Origin: Podarcis cretensis
Lineage: Eukaryota
Assembly: GCA_951804945.1 (NCBI GenBank)
Contig: OX638152.1
Span: 49,538,001 to 49,602,000, forward strand
DNA length: 64,000 nt
Direction of reading: 5' to 3'
Positions within the stretch are counted from its first letter, which is position 1. The number at the start of each line of letters is the position of its first letter. The position numbers were made by a program, and so were the translations under genes. This document shows positions 27,843 through 39,828 of this stretch, piece by piece. The notes beneath the pieces were generated by a model, which was not told the DNA's origin, searched no databases, and was given only the letters and a program-made list of their open reading frames with translations.

Positions 27843-28188
27843 AAGGTAAAGGTAAAGGGACCCCTGACCATTAGGTCCAGCCGTGACCGACTCTGGGGTT
27901 GCGGCGCTCATCTCGCTTTACTGGCTGAGGGAGCTGGTGTACAGCTTCCGGGTCATGTGGCCAGCATGACTAAGCTGCTTCTGGTGAACCAGAGCAGCAC
28001 ACGGAGACACCGTTTACCTTCCCGCCGGAGCGGTACCTATTTATCTACTTGCACTTTGATGTGCTTTCGAACAGCTAGGTTGGCAGGAGCAGGGACCCAG
28101 CAACGGGAGCTCACCCCGTCGCGGGGATTCAAACCGCTGACCTTCTGATCGGCAAGTCCTAGGCTCTGTGGTTTAACCCACAGCGCCA
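27843..28188 (-). mobile_element. Sauria SINE
   Basis: (AAAGGT)n tail at the left end; core ggtacctatttatctacttgcac; B box ggattcaaacc; head cacagcgcca; many CpGs retained. Confidence 0.94.
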
Positions 28189-30049
28189 GTTAAAATCAAA
28201 CTCCAAGCATATACATGCATTGCAGTTGAAAATAATAACCTAATTCCTCAAAGACCTCAGGATACCCGAATAAATTCTCCTCCCTGTCACAAATGTGAGC
28301 TAGTTTTGTAGATTTGGAGAGAATTGCACATGTGAGGTACTACTTTTTATTAGCAGAATGTACCACAGAATTTTGGGGTGAGATACTCAGGAAAATCAGC
28401 ACCATCATTGGACAAACTATGGTTGAAACATGAAAATTAATGCTACTTCTATGGTTTGACTTGGATTGGGTGTGTGTATATTGTACTATTTAAGGACTTG
28501 ATTAGATTTATGTTAGTAGCTGCTACATGTGAAAACATAACTCTGGATGAGTAATCAGGCTCTTATTTTAGATTTTTGATCAAGTAAACTTTTGGAAATG
28601 CTGTTGTGGAAAAGCTTACACATCAAATCCATATCATCAAGGGAAAAACAAAATAAAGATTTGCCTTTTTGCAGAATGCAGTAGTTCTATTTTTCAAACG
28701 AATAAGATTGACATACAAAGACACTATGTGACAAAATGGGTAAAAAATAAAATGATTCGGATGTCCAGTGAATTATCATCCCTTAATGTTGTTTATGATG
28801 CATTTATTCCCTCTGGCTGACAAATATGACAATAGTGATTGTCTTCTTTATTGGACCATAAGGAGAAAAAATATTCTGTTAGCTAAACTGCCATGCTATT
28901 GTTGCCAAGCTTTACTCTGGTTTGGAATTTTGTTTGTTCTTTGGTGTGTCTATTTGATACATGTAAATACTTGTAGCTTACAGTCAAACAAAAAAACAAC
29001 AGAAAAGGGATGTTTCCACTGGCAAATCTGTTCACCTGTGGTTGAAAGTAGGAGTTACCCTGAGTGCCTAGGAGATGCATTTCTTGCATTTTAGAACCTG
29101 CTCAAAGCACACTGATTTACTTGGACATCTATGGGCTTAGGTTTCAGTCCAAAGCTGATGTCCAAGCAGGGCTTAATGGAATTGTAGAGCCGCCATCACA
29201 TCTGTTGCCCTACTCTGCATGACAGCTGCGGGAAAAGGTGGGTTGGGGAAGGAAATTGTTTTGCCAGGCTGATCAGTATTAGTCCCATATCAGACCCAAT
29301 GGGGACAGCTAGAGATTCAATGCATCCTGAGCCAAGACAGCACCTTTGCCTGGAATGCCCTGCTTTTGGACTTCCCTTTGGACTTCCCATTGACTCCCAG
29401 CCCCCTGCCCAAACACAGAGCTGTGTGCCAACAAGTCTAGCACACTTGGGCAGAGAGGCGCCATTGTGCAATTTTCCCAAGCCCAGTTGAAATGATTTGT
29501 TAGTTATTCTGAAAGAGGAAGCAACTGTGTAGTTCTGTAGATCAATAGTTATTTATCATGTTTTGACTTCTGGAAGCATCATGGTGGCATGGAATATAGA
29601 GGTATTTATTGTCTTCTTTCATTTTGCTTGTACCCTGTCCTGGGGTCAGGTTTGCTGAAGGGTGAATTAGAATGAAATAAATGAATCAGTACAATGATAG
29701 ATGATACAGACAAAAGGAATTATTTATCCCAGCAGTACATAATTTACATACCATACTTCAAAGTGACCATTAGCCTGGACAATCTTATTCTGAAATTAGA
29801 TAAATTCATGGAGGACAGTCCTCTCAATCTTTGTAGAATATGATAGTGAAATAGAAGGAACTTTGAAGTGCAGAGTCAGTAAACATCTGATTTCCAGGTG
29901 TAGGGATGAAATGAGTGTGGCTAGTAGAACCATTTGCAAAACACTTTATTTCTTTAATAAAGCTAAATAGAAGGCAAAGTAATAACTAGTTGCATCTCTG
30001 TCATTTAAGGAAATCCCAAGCTTCTGCAACTTTATCCTGTCTCTGCGAA

Positions 30050-30377
30050 TAGAGTTGTCATATGTCTGGGAAATCCTGGACAGGTCCTCTTTTGGGGTGC
30101 TCTTTTGGGAGGATTTTTACATTTTAAAGGAAATGTCCAGGTTTGGGGGTACAGTATTTATTTATTGGGGTGGTTGGTTCAGGCTCGGGCATGAGTGGCT
30201 CGGGCACGGGCCTGGGCTGCTCTACATGCCGCAGCTGCTGCCAGCCCGAGCTGGGGAAAGGGGCACATGGGTGCTCTGCACCCCCATGCACCCCCATCCA
30301 TGCCCCTCTGTGCCCTGCTTGGGCTGGCAGTGGCTTGGGCTGTCCTTTTTTTTGCTCTTCAAGATATGGCAACCCTA
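30050..30377. mobile_element. hAT-family non-autonomous element with GC-rich interior
   Basis: TIR tagagttgtcatat / atatggcaacccta; 8-bp TSD tctgcgaa / tctttgaa (6/8). Confidence 0.72.
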
Positions 30378-31137
30378 TCTTTGAACCTACTTGTGATCAC
30401 ATGAGTTCTGCCTCCCACAAAACTACTGTTCTCTAATGATAGCTTCAATGATGGATAGTCTTGATAGTCTCCAATCCCAGTGTAGCCTGCTGGTCACTTT
30501 CTCTGGTAGCTTCCAGCTGCAGCAGAAGAGGTAACCAAACTTTACACCAAGGTACACCAAGCAGACATTTGAAATCCAACTAGGCCAGCAATTTTTGTCA
30601 ACTATTCCATTATGCTGCACAAAATACAAACTAATTCTTTTCCATAACCATATCGCATTAGCCCAAACTAAGGGGAAGGAAGCAGAAATAAGAGCTAAGT
30701 CTCCCAGTAGAGAATCATTCAGAATGTATGAATGCTCTGTGCCTGTGAAAAGCTATCATGTCAGGAAAAAAAAGTTAAGCTAAAATTGTTGTGCCTGAAT
30801 TGCTATATTTTCAGAGCAAAGTTCAGTAACTGCTTTACCCAAGAGGTGGCTCCAGAGAATACGCTGACATTATGCCTGCTTCTGCTTAGTGCACTGTTGT
30901 ATTTTCCTCCCAGGAAGCTCATTCTGCATAGTATCAAAGAGAGCTAAACTAATACCCCAGTATATATGGTATAACTTGCTGATACTGGCATAAAATAATT
31001 TGGAGACAGACATTTCAGCATTGTTGAAATAGACTCAGGTTTCCCATATACAGCTTCTCTGGCCTTCTTCCGAAGCTGATTGAAACCACAAGCCTAAAGA
31101 GCAAAATAGCTCAGTATTCAGTCATTGTGTGCTTTAA

Positions 31138-31200
31138 TTTTGTATGTTAAGCTTACATTGTAATTTTTAAGCAATTTTTGTATGTTAAGCTTACATTGTA
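31138..31200. repeat. 25-bp perfect direct repeat with 13-bp spacer
   Basis: ttttgtatgttaagcttacattgta at 31138-31162 and 31176-31200. Confidence 0.9.
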
Positions 31201-31256
31201 TCATGTAAACATTTCAGCACAAATCTGAAGCATCACTGAAAATGCATGGGTATGCC

Positions 31257-32205
31257 CAGTGCTTTTTCCCCCTGGGGGGATGCAGGGGTACGCATACTCC
31301 TCAACATTTTGTGATTCCAAGTTTGGCCTCATTGAGGGGCAGTATTTTAATATGAGTATCATGCGAAAGGCTGGGCTGGATGAATCCCTAGCCGGAATTA
31401 AGATTGCCGGAAGAAATATCAACAACCTCAGATATGCAGATGACACAACCTTGATGGCAGAAAGTGAGGAGGAATTAAAGAACCTTTTATTGAGGGTGAA
31501 AGAGGAGAGTGCAAAATATGGTCTGAAGCTCAACATCAAAAAAACGAAGATCATGGCTACTGGTCCCATCACCTCCTGGCAAATAGAAGGGGAAGAAATG
31601 GAGGCAGTGAGAGATTTTACTTTCTTGGGCTCCATGATCACTGCAGATGGTGACAGCAGCCACGAAATTAAAAGACGCCTGCTTCTTGGGAGAAGGGCAA
31701 TGACAGGCCTAGACAGCATCTTGAGAAGTAGAGACATCACCTTGCCAACAAAGGTCCGTATAGTTAAAGCTATGGTTTTCCCAGTAGTGATGTATGGAAG
31801 TGAGAGCTGGACCATAAAGAAGGCTGATCGCCGAAGAATTGATGCTTTTGAAGGAAATCAGCCCTGAGTGCTCACTGGAAGGACAGATTGTGAAGCTGAG
31901 GCTCCAGTACTTTGGCCACCTCATGAGAAGAGAAGACTCCTTGGAGAAGATCCTGATGTTGGGAAAGATGGAGGGCACAAGGAGAAGGGGGCGACAGAGG
32001 ACGAGATGGTTGGATAGTGTTTTCGAGGTTACCAGCATGAGTCTGACCAAGCTGCGGGGGGCAGTGGAGGACAGGGGTGCCTGGCGTTCTCTGGTCCATG
32101 GGGTCACGAAGAGTCGGACACAACTAAACGACTAAACAACAACAACATTTTAATATGAGTAGGGAAATGAGAGTACCCCTAAACATTTTTTTTGAAAAAA
32201 CACTG
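31257..32205. mobile_element. short MITE (cagtgctttt...aaaaaacactg) interrupted by Bov-B
   Basis: terminal inverted repeats; the rejoined sequence is the reverse complement of 32376-32498. Confidence 0.75.
31359..32146 (+). mobile_element. Bov-B LINE, 5'-truncated, RT C-terminal region with an internal deletion
   Basis: GIKIAGRNINNLRYADDTTLMAESEEELK (YADD catalytic motif), KLRLQYFGHLMRRED..RWLD; (CAA)n tail; perfect 15-bp TSD attttaatatgagta at 31344-31358 and 32147-32161. Confidence 0.97.
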
Positions 32206-32213
32206 GGTAAAGG

Positions 32214-32498
32214 CAATGCTTTTTCTGGGGGGATGCAGGGGTACAAATACCCATAACATTTTGTGAATCTTTGTACTTTTGTCCATTTACTGTATTTATT
32301 TCCCCCAATTTGAACTACAAAATGGTCATTTTCTTGAGTCAAAATGAGAGTACCCCTAAACATTTTTCTTATAAAAAAAATGTTTAGGGGTACTCTCATT
32401 TTCCTACTCATATTGAAATACTGAAATGAGGCCAAACTTAGATTCCCAAAATATTTAGGGGTATGTGTCCCCCTGCGTCCCCCCAGAAAAAAGTACTG
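32214..32498. mobile_element. tail-to-tail composite MITE of the 31257 family
   Basis: left caatgctttttctggggggatgcaggggtac; right gtcccctgcgtcccccagaaaaaagtactg; central inverted repeat aaaatgagagtacccctaaacattttt / aaaaatgtttaggggtactctcatttt. Confidence 0.72.
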
Positions 32499-34697
32499 AT
32501 ATGCCATAGTGCTAAATGTACAGCATTGAATGATAAAATGCAGCATTTCTATGGGACGACTCTGCTGGCCTCACAAACAACACATTTGCTCCTATTACAC
32601 CATTGTGCAAAGGATGATGAATTGCCTGTAGGATGTTGGCCCTTTTCCCCGGCCTGATGCTGGTCCTACACTGAAAAAGACAAAGGAGTAAGTCGGCTGC
32701 AGAAGAATTCAGTCCCAGTGCTGGAGGAAATGTTGCACTGCTCTGCATGTTCTGAGACCCAACAGAAAGGAAAGAAAGCACCCAGCTTTCTTTTAAATAT
32801 CAGCTTGACTGTTTGCCATTGATTATAATGGTAGAACAAATACATATTTTGATTTTCTAGATAATTAATTTTAAAAGGGTTTGGCAGGATGATGTCCCAT
32901 CTTGACTGTCACGGTATCCCACTGGACAACCTGAAAAGGAGCACATATAATTACTCTTCACTGAGTTAGAGAGCCAGTGCCTGATCCATCTAATCTTGTA
33001 CATCTTTCGAAGCCAGCTTAACTTAATTTTCCCCTTAGGATATTCCAGGGCATAGTATCAAATGCCATGCGGCATTACAGCTACATCTGCTCTTTTCCTT
33101 TTCACTGTTTTTCCTCCCCTCTCTCTTCAATTTTGTCAACAACAGCAAAATCAATCAGCTTGATTTGACAGGACAGCTTCTTAATAAAACCAGTGCTGAG
33201 TCCCTTTGATGCTGTCCTTCTCCAAATTATTTTAGCATTCTAAAAATAGCAATTCTACCACTATTGGGTAAAGAAGATGATTGATAAAGTCACTGAGTGG
33301 ATGCACTTATCGCTGCCCATCCCCAAAAGACTGAAACCTTGAAAAATGTGTTGGCATCACTGACGTTTCCCAGACATAGTAGGTGGGCTAGTGCTTGTAG
33401 AAGTTGAAAACATGGCCTTCAGTTATGTGGGAACATGATCCAGATTCTTAACAGTTTCAGCATGGAAGAAACATGCTGAAAAAGGAAATAATTATTTACT
33501 GGTTAGAGTAGATCCACTGAAATGAATGAACATGACTAAGATATGGCCATTAATTCCAAGGGGTCCATTCTTGTAAATGTTAGTTGAATTCCACTCTATG
33601 TAATTATATAGAGTATGGGTTGCATCTAACTAAGTTCTACTCAGTGCAGACCAACTGAATTCAATATTCTGTTAAATTCAATATTCTGGGTAGGATTTAC
33701 CTAATGAACCCATCAGTGGGAGCCCAGCACAAGGACTTCCACTTGTTCAATTGGTCTTTCCCCTTCCTCCACACCTCCAAAATTGGCTTGGGGTTTTGAG
33801 AAAAACCCCAGAACAGCATGCAAGGAAAAGGGAGTGGGTATTGTTCCATCTGTCAATATTCCACAGAAATTAATATTGTAGGGTGAAGATTGCTGTTTGT
33901 TTCTGTCATTAATAAATATTAATCTAGAATTAGTATGAATAAAGAAGTATGAAGATGGAATAATACTAGGTAGCTTACAGTTGTGGGCAAGTTTTGATTA
34001 CTAAGTTGCATTGATTATTTAATGACTATTGTTTGATATATGAAGTATGAACTAAGCTAATTGTTGTTCTTCTTGATTACATATGCAGATTGGCTGTATA
34101 TATAAATTTAAATATTCAAATAAGATTAAAGGGGTGAATGACAAATTCGGAAAAGTAAAAAATGGAAACTATGGTAGGGGCTGCACCTCAACCAGGATGG
34201 CTTTTGGAGCAGAAAGGCAGCCTATGCATTTCAGTATACCAGTTCCATCCATCACAGAGACACTAACACTAGAAAAAACCTGTGTGTGTAATTTACAATG
34301 ATTGAATGGTATGCAGCCTTCGCAGCAGGCATTTGCCCTGCGCTCTTGAATCTGCAGTTGCTATGTCAACAAAAGTTGCTCTGTGAGCCTTGAAGTTATG
34401 CCTGGCTTTAGGTTGTGTGTGAGTTCGTATCTTCTCAAATAACTTTAGTATTAAAAATAATACAATCCTCTGTACCTAGGTGTGGAACTGGAGAGGTTTA
34501 GAATCATGCGGCCCAGTCCACTTTGGGATGCCTATCTTGCTCCCCATGTCTGCCCCTTGGTTATCTTGCTTGGCTAGGAGGCTGCAGACAGCCTAAAGTT
34601 CTGTCTATTCCATTTTGGGAGCATAGGTCACATGTTTTGGTTCTACATTCTTTGGGTTCTACACATGTGAACTGCAGTGCAGACATTTCAGGGACCA

Positions 34698-35537
34698 ATC
34701 CATGACAGATGGCCATCCAACCTCTGTTTAAAAACTTCCAAGGAAGGAGAGTCCACCACCTCTCATAGGAGTCTGTTCCTCTGCTGAACAGCTCTTACTG
34801 TCAGAAAGTTTTCAGAATGTTTAGTCAAAATCTCCTTTCTTGCAACTTGAAGCCATTGGTTTGAGTCCTATCCTCCGGAGCAGGAGAAAACAAGCATGCT
34901 CCCTCCTTCATATGACAACCCTTAAGTTATTTGAAGATGTGGGTTAAAGCCTCAGCGCCTAGGAGTTGCCGATCGAAAGGTCGGCGGTTCGAATCCCTGC
35001 GGCGGGGTGCGCTCCCGCTGCTCGGTCCCAGCACCTGCCAACCTAGCAGTTCGAAAGCACCTCCGGGTGCAAGTAGATAAATAGGGACTGCTTACCAGCG
35101 GGAAGGTAAACGGCGTTTCCGTGTGCGGCTCTGGCTCGCCAGAGCAGCGATGTCACGCTGGCCACGTGACCCGGAAGTGTCTCCGGACAGCGCTGGCCCC
35201 TGGCCTCTTAAGTGAGATGGGCGCACAACCCCAGAGTCTGTCAAGACTGGCCCGTACGGGCAGGGGTACCTTTACCTTTACCTTTTTATCACATCTTCTC
35301 TCTGTCTCCTCTTTTCCAGTCTAAGCATCCCCAATTCCCTTAACAGTTCCTCAAAGGGCTTGGCTTCCAGACCCTTAACATCTTGGTTACCCTCCTCTGC
35401 ACAGGTTCCAGCTTGTCAATATCCTTCTTAAATTGTGATGCCCAGTATGGGACATAGTATTCCAGGTGCAGTCTGACCAAGGCAGAATAGAGCAGGACTA
35501 TTACTTCCCTTGATCTGGACATTATACTTCTGTTTAT
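34698..35537 (-). mobile_element. CR1 LINE 3' fragment interrupted by a Sauria SINE
   Basis: peptide [37 protein letters not shown]; collinear with the CR1 at 39211. Confidence 0.9.
34938..35285 (+). mobile_element. Sauria SINE, young subfamily, slightly 5'-truncated
   Basis: B box ggttcgaatcc, (ACCTTT)n tail; near-identical to 41802 and 43399. Confidence 0.95.
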
Positions 35538-35645
35538 GAGAAGTTTGGCATAACAAAATTTGTTTGTGTTTTGCTTTTTGCTTTTCTTTTTGCCAACTCA
35601 CTCTTAGATGGCTGAAATGGTTTTAAGTGACAGAATATGAAAGTA

Positions 35646-35880
35646 CAGTGGTACCTCGGGTTACATACGCTTCAGGTTACAGACTCCACTAACCCAGAAA
35701 TAATACCTCAGGTTAAGAACTTTGCTTCAGGATGAGATTAGAAATCCGGCGGCGGTGCAGCAGCAGCAGCAGCAGCAGCAGGAGGCCCCATTAGCTAAAG
35801 TGGTGTTTCAGGTTAAAAACAGTTTCAGGTTAAGAATGGACCTCCAGAACGAATTAAGTATGTAACCAGAGGTACCACTG
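35646..35880. mobile_element. pogo/Tigger-like MITE with internal (CAG)n
   Basis: TIR cagtggtacctc / gaggtaccactg, TA TSD; collinear with 18013-18238. Confidence 0.92.
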
Positions 35881-37151
35881 TACTTTGCAAGATGGGTTAA
35901 GGCATTTCAAGTTACTTTAGGAAGTCTATGTCATCTAACACACACATATATATGTGAGTTAATACTGGCTGTTACAGGAGAACCCATATGGAATTCTTCA
36001 GCATTTCCATTTGCCAGCCTAAAAGCTGTTATAATCATATTTTAAAAAGATTTAAAAGGAATACTATTGAGACTGGCATGAAGCACATATTCAGGAAGCT
36101 TTGTTTGCAACTCTATATGCCTCTATCTTTCCACTCACTTGCAATCAAATGTTATTAAGTAGACAAAGTGCAATTCTGTGTAATCTGAGTCTAACATAAT
36201 GAATCTTTATTGATGAACCTACTTTGACGTCACAGTCCAGAATACATGAGAGCCATGCTTTGATTAATGAAAACGCATGTGATGCACTCTGAGCATAAAA
36301 AATGTACTATATAAATGCAAAATATTATTATTATTATTCCTATTATATAATAAGTCCCTTTATTAAAAGTGTCTCTCTGCCTTTACACCAATGTGGAACA
36401 ATGCACACTAATGTTAAGTTCCAAACTTATTTGCAGTACAATAGAAATTATTAACTGGAAAATCATATCCTCATGAAAATTACATATCTATCTTTGGTGG
36501 AGAAGAAGCAGAAGGAAAACACATCCTGAGTCTGTTGGATCAAGTCAGTTATCCATCTAGTCCAGCATCTTCTTCTAAAAGTGGCCAACCAGATAACTAT
36601 GGGAAACCAACAAGCAGGATCTGAGTGCAATAGAAATCTCCCCTCCTGAGGTTTCTAGCAACTCGTATTCAGAAACATACAGCCTCCAACTGTCAAGGCA
36701 GAACCCATTCATAGATTTTAGAATTGTACAGTTGGAAGGGATCCTGAGCTTCATCTAGTCCAACTCTCTGCAATGCAGGAATCCTGTCCACCCAGGGTAA
36801 ACAGTCAGATGAACTGAGCCACCCTTCTACAATTTCTAGCCTTATCTTCCATGAATTTGTCTCATGGATGTTCATGAGTTGTAGTGTGATGAGAGAGAGA
36901 AAACAACTCTTTTCTATCTACTTTCTCCATACCATGCATAGTTTAAACACTGTGGACTCCTACTTGCCTTTTCTCTAAATTCAAAAAATCCCCACCCCAA
37001 AGGCTATAATCGTTCTTAAAAGTGGAGTTTCTGCATCTTTTGATAATTTAGGTGGCATTTTTTTTCTGAACCTATTCCAGCTCTAGAATAACCTATTTGA
37101 GGTGCAGCAATCAAAACTGTGCAAAAGTATTTGATGTTTAGTTAATCCATA

Positions 37152-37819
37152 CAGTGGTATCATGGGTTAAGAACTTAATTCGTTCCAGAGGTCCGTTCTT
37201 AGCCTGAAACTGTTCTTAACCTGAGGTACCACTTTAGCTAATGGGACCTCCCACTGCTGATGCACCACTGCCATGTGATTTCTGTTCTCTCTCTCTCTCT
37301 CTTAAATAAAAAGTAATCTTTATTAAATAGTTTTCCAGATGAAATACATTGTTTCTGAGAGATTTGCATGGGGAAATCTTTTTTTTTTCCTTTTTTTCTT
37401 TTTTGTGGGTTTTTCCACAAACAAACCCCAAGAAAATAAAACAATCTTTTACAATCAACATTTTAAGTCATCATATTTACACTGCGTGTCCTCACGCCTC
37501 AACTTCCTTCCTTCCCTGCTTCGGTTTTCTTGAGATATATCCCCTCCTGTAGATTCTTATTCCCCTTCTATGCACATCACAGGAATTATGTTAACTCTGC
37601 CATAGTTTTTAAGCTTCTACAGTTTGTTCTTATATATGCCATAAATTTACCCCATTCTTCATCAAACTTTGTTCCTTTTTGGTCTCTTATTCTATATGTC
37701 ATTTTAGCTAATTCTGTATATTTCTGTTCTCATCCTGAAGCAAAGTTATTAACCTGAGGTACTATTTCTGGGTTAGTGGACTCTGTAACCTGAAGCGTCT
37801 GTAACCTGAGGTACCACTG
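37152..37819. mobile_element. pogo/Tigger-like MITE (18013 family, opposite orientation) interrupted by L1
   Basis: TA-flanked cagtggta.../..gaggtaccactg; the halves rejoin to the reverse complement of 18013-18238. Confidence 0.88.
37290..37719 (-). mobile_element. short L1-clade 3' fragment (second family)
   Basis: 12-bp TSD atttctgttctc at 37278-37289 and 37720-37731; minus strand reads YTELAKMTYRIRDQKGTKFDEEWGKFMAYIRTNCRSLKTMAELT*, similar to YMELAEMTGRIRDLGEETMEEDWKKFKDYL of the 6530 ORF. Confidence 0.85.
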
Positions 37820-38129
37820 TATATTTGTTTAATGGCATTACACTGACAGTTTCATTTTCAAATTCTTCCTAATGATCCCAAGCATGGTATTTGCCTTTGT
37901 GACAACTGCTGTACAATGGGTTAGCATCTTCACCAAATTATCCACTACAACCTCAAGGCCTTGCTCCTGGTCACTTAAACTCCATGCATGTATTTTTGAA
38001 ATTAGAGTGTATTACACTTGACCACACTGAACTTCATTTTCCATTTTTTCCCACCCATGCATTCAGTTTGGAAGATCACTTTGGAGAAATGCCTCAAAGG
38101 TGCAATGTCTCAAAGATGTGCTGTTGCTG

Positions 38130-38290
38130 TTAGGCAAAAGTAACAGGAAGGACCATAACTTTCTCATTAAAGCCAATACCACTCTTACCTGTAATCAATA
38201 AAGTTGTGGCCATTTTTCGCCCATTAACCTAAATTCTGGTGTCCAGTGTCTTTATTTACTACATCTGTGGGAGGGGGCGGGAATCGCCAT
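38130..38290 (+). mobile_element. possible DIRS/Ngaro-like terminal fragment
   Basis: aagccaataccactc..tgtaatcaataaagttgtggcc resembles DIRS-type terminal repeats (recalled, not aligned). Confidence 0.35.
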
Positions 38291-39210
38291 GCAAACATAG
38301 ATGTCTCACATAACAGCTTTCTGCTTGTGATCCTGGGCTACCATAATGCCAAACACAATTATTTCAAACATTTGTTCCATGTGGCCTTTCTGTTTTATCC
38401 TGATCAGTTTTGTAGAGTCAAGCAATAAAACAACAATCCTATCAGAAACCATGTAGGTGGAAGTAAGTTCCAGTGAAAGAAATGAGACTTTCTTTTGAAT
38501 AAATGAATTTGGAATTGGATAGGTGCCAGTCTGAAGCACAAAAGTATTGCTTTCCATTTCTAAGTTTCTTTTTAAAAATGGCTCGGTCATGGCACTACAC
38601 TTAACACTAACATATTAGACAAATGATCATTAAGCTTGCCCTTGTATAAATCCATGTGCCTGCATGTACAGAAATACCTTTTTCACAACACCTTTAGCAA
38701 AATCAATAACATTTATGGATACCTTGAGAATCGTTCATCAAGACAATTACATTTTTACACTCCATATGAAGAATAGGTGCAGAACTAGGACATATTAAAT
38801 TATGATGTAGTACTCTATAAATGCATAATAAATTTGATATTTCCATTTTCTTTTAGTGATGGCATTAATATATTTGACCTTACTCCCTCAGTCAGCAATG
38901 GAAACATTTTTCAAAACCATAAGATTGCTTTTAAGATAACAAATGATACATTTCAGCTATGGGTTTCCATTTCACTCGCCTTTAAAGATTGCCACAGCAA
39001 AGATATTCACCAGCTTCATGTTTTCAGCTTTAAACAATGTACTTTGGAATGATCCCTAGGGCTTTAATTTAGTAAGAAGTTTGAATATTGTGTCGTTGCT
39101 TACCTACGGGTTGCCAAAATTGTAATTTAAAATATATATATATGAATAGGTTGGCTCCAGACTTTCTCTCCCACCATGAATATGGAAGGCACAAGAATCA
39201 AACAGAGGTT

Positions 39211-39828
39211 CATAGAATCATAGAATCATAGAGTTGGAAGAGACCACAAGGGCTATCGAGTCCAACCCCTTGCCAAACAGGAAACACCATCAGAGCACTC
39301 CTGACATATGGTTGTCAAGCCTCTGCTTAAAGACCTCCAAAGAAGGAGACTCCACCACACTCCTTGGCAGCAAATTCCACTGTCGAACAGCTCTTACTTT
39401 CAGGAAGTTCTTCCTAATGTTTAGGTGGAATCTTCTTTCTTGTAGTTTGGATCCATTGCTCCGTGTCCGCTTCTCTGGAGCAGCAGAAAACAACCTTTCT
39501 CCCTCCTCTATGTGACATCCTTTTATATATTTGAACATGGCTATCATATCACCCCTTAACCTCCTCTTCTCCAGGCTAAACATGCCCAGCTCCCTTAGCC
39601 GTTCCTCACAAGGCATCGTTTCCAGGCCTTTGACCATTTTGGTTACCCTCCTCTGGACACGTTCCAGTTTGTCAGTGTCCTTCTTGAACTGTGGTGCCCA
39701 GAACTGGACACAGTACTCCAGGTGAGGTCTGACCAGAGCAGAATACAGTGGCACTATTACTTCCCTTGATCTAGATGCTATACTCCTATTGATGCAGCCC
39801 AGAATTGCATTGGCTTTTTTAGCTGCCG
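39211..39828 (-). mobile_element. CR1 LINE 3' fragment, young, frame intact
   Basis: [62 protein letters not shown]; 8-bp (ATTCTATG)n tail at 39211-39232. Confidence 0.96.

Larger units (their letters stand above)
36510..38085 (-). mobile_element. old CR1/L3-like fragment hosting nested insertions
   Basis: catctagtccagcatc..gtggccaaccaga tail; degraded RT-region sequence continues on both sides of the 37152 MITE. Confidence 0.55.

Noticed and set aside
30055-30436. Overlapping GC-rich ORFs / CpG-island-like promoter
   Set aside because: Contained within a TIR- and TSD-bounded hAT element.
31201-31815. 204-aa minus-strand ORF (also 31709-32107 and 15179-15643)
   Set aside because: Antisense frames of Bov-B, not independent genes.
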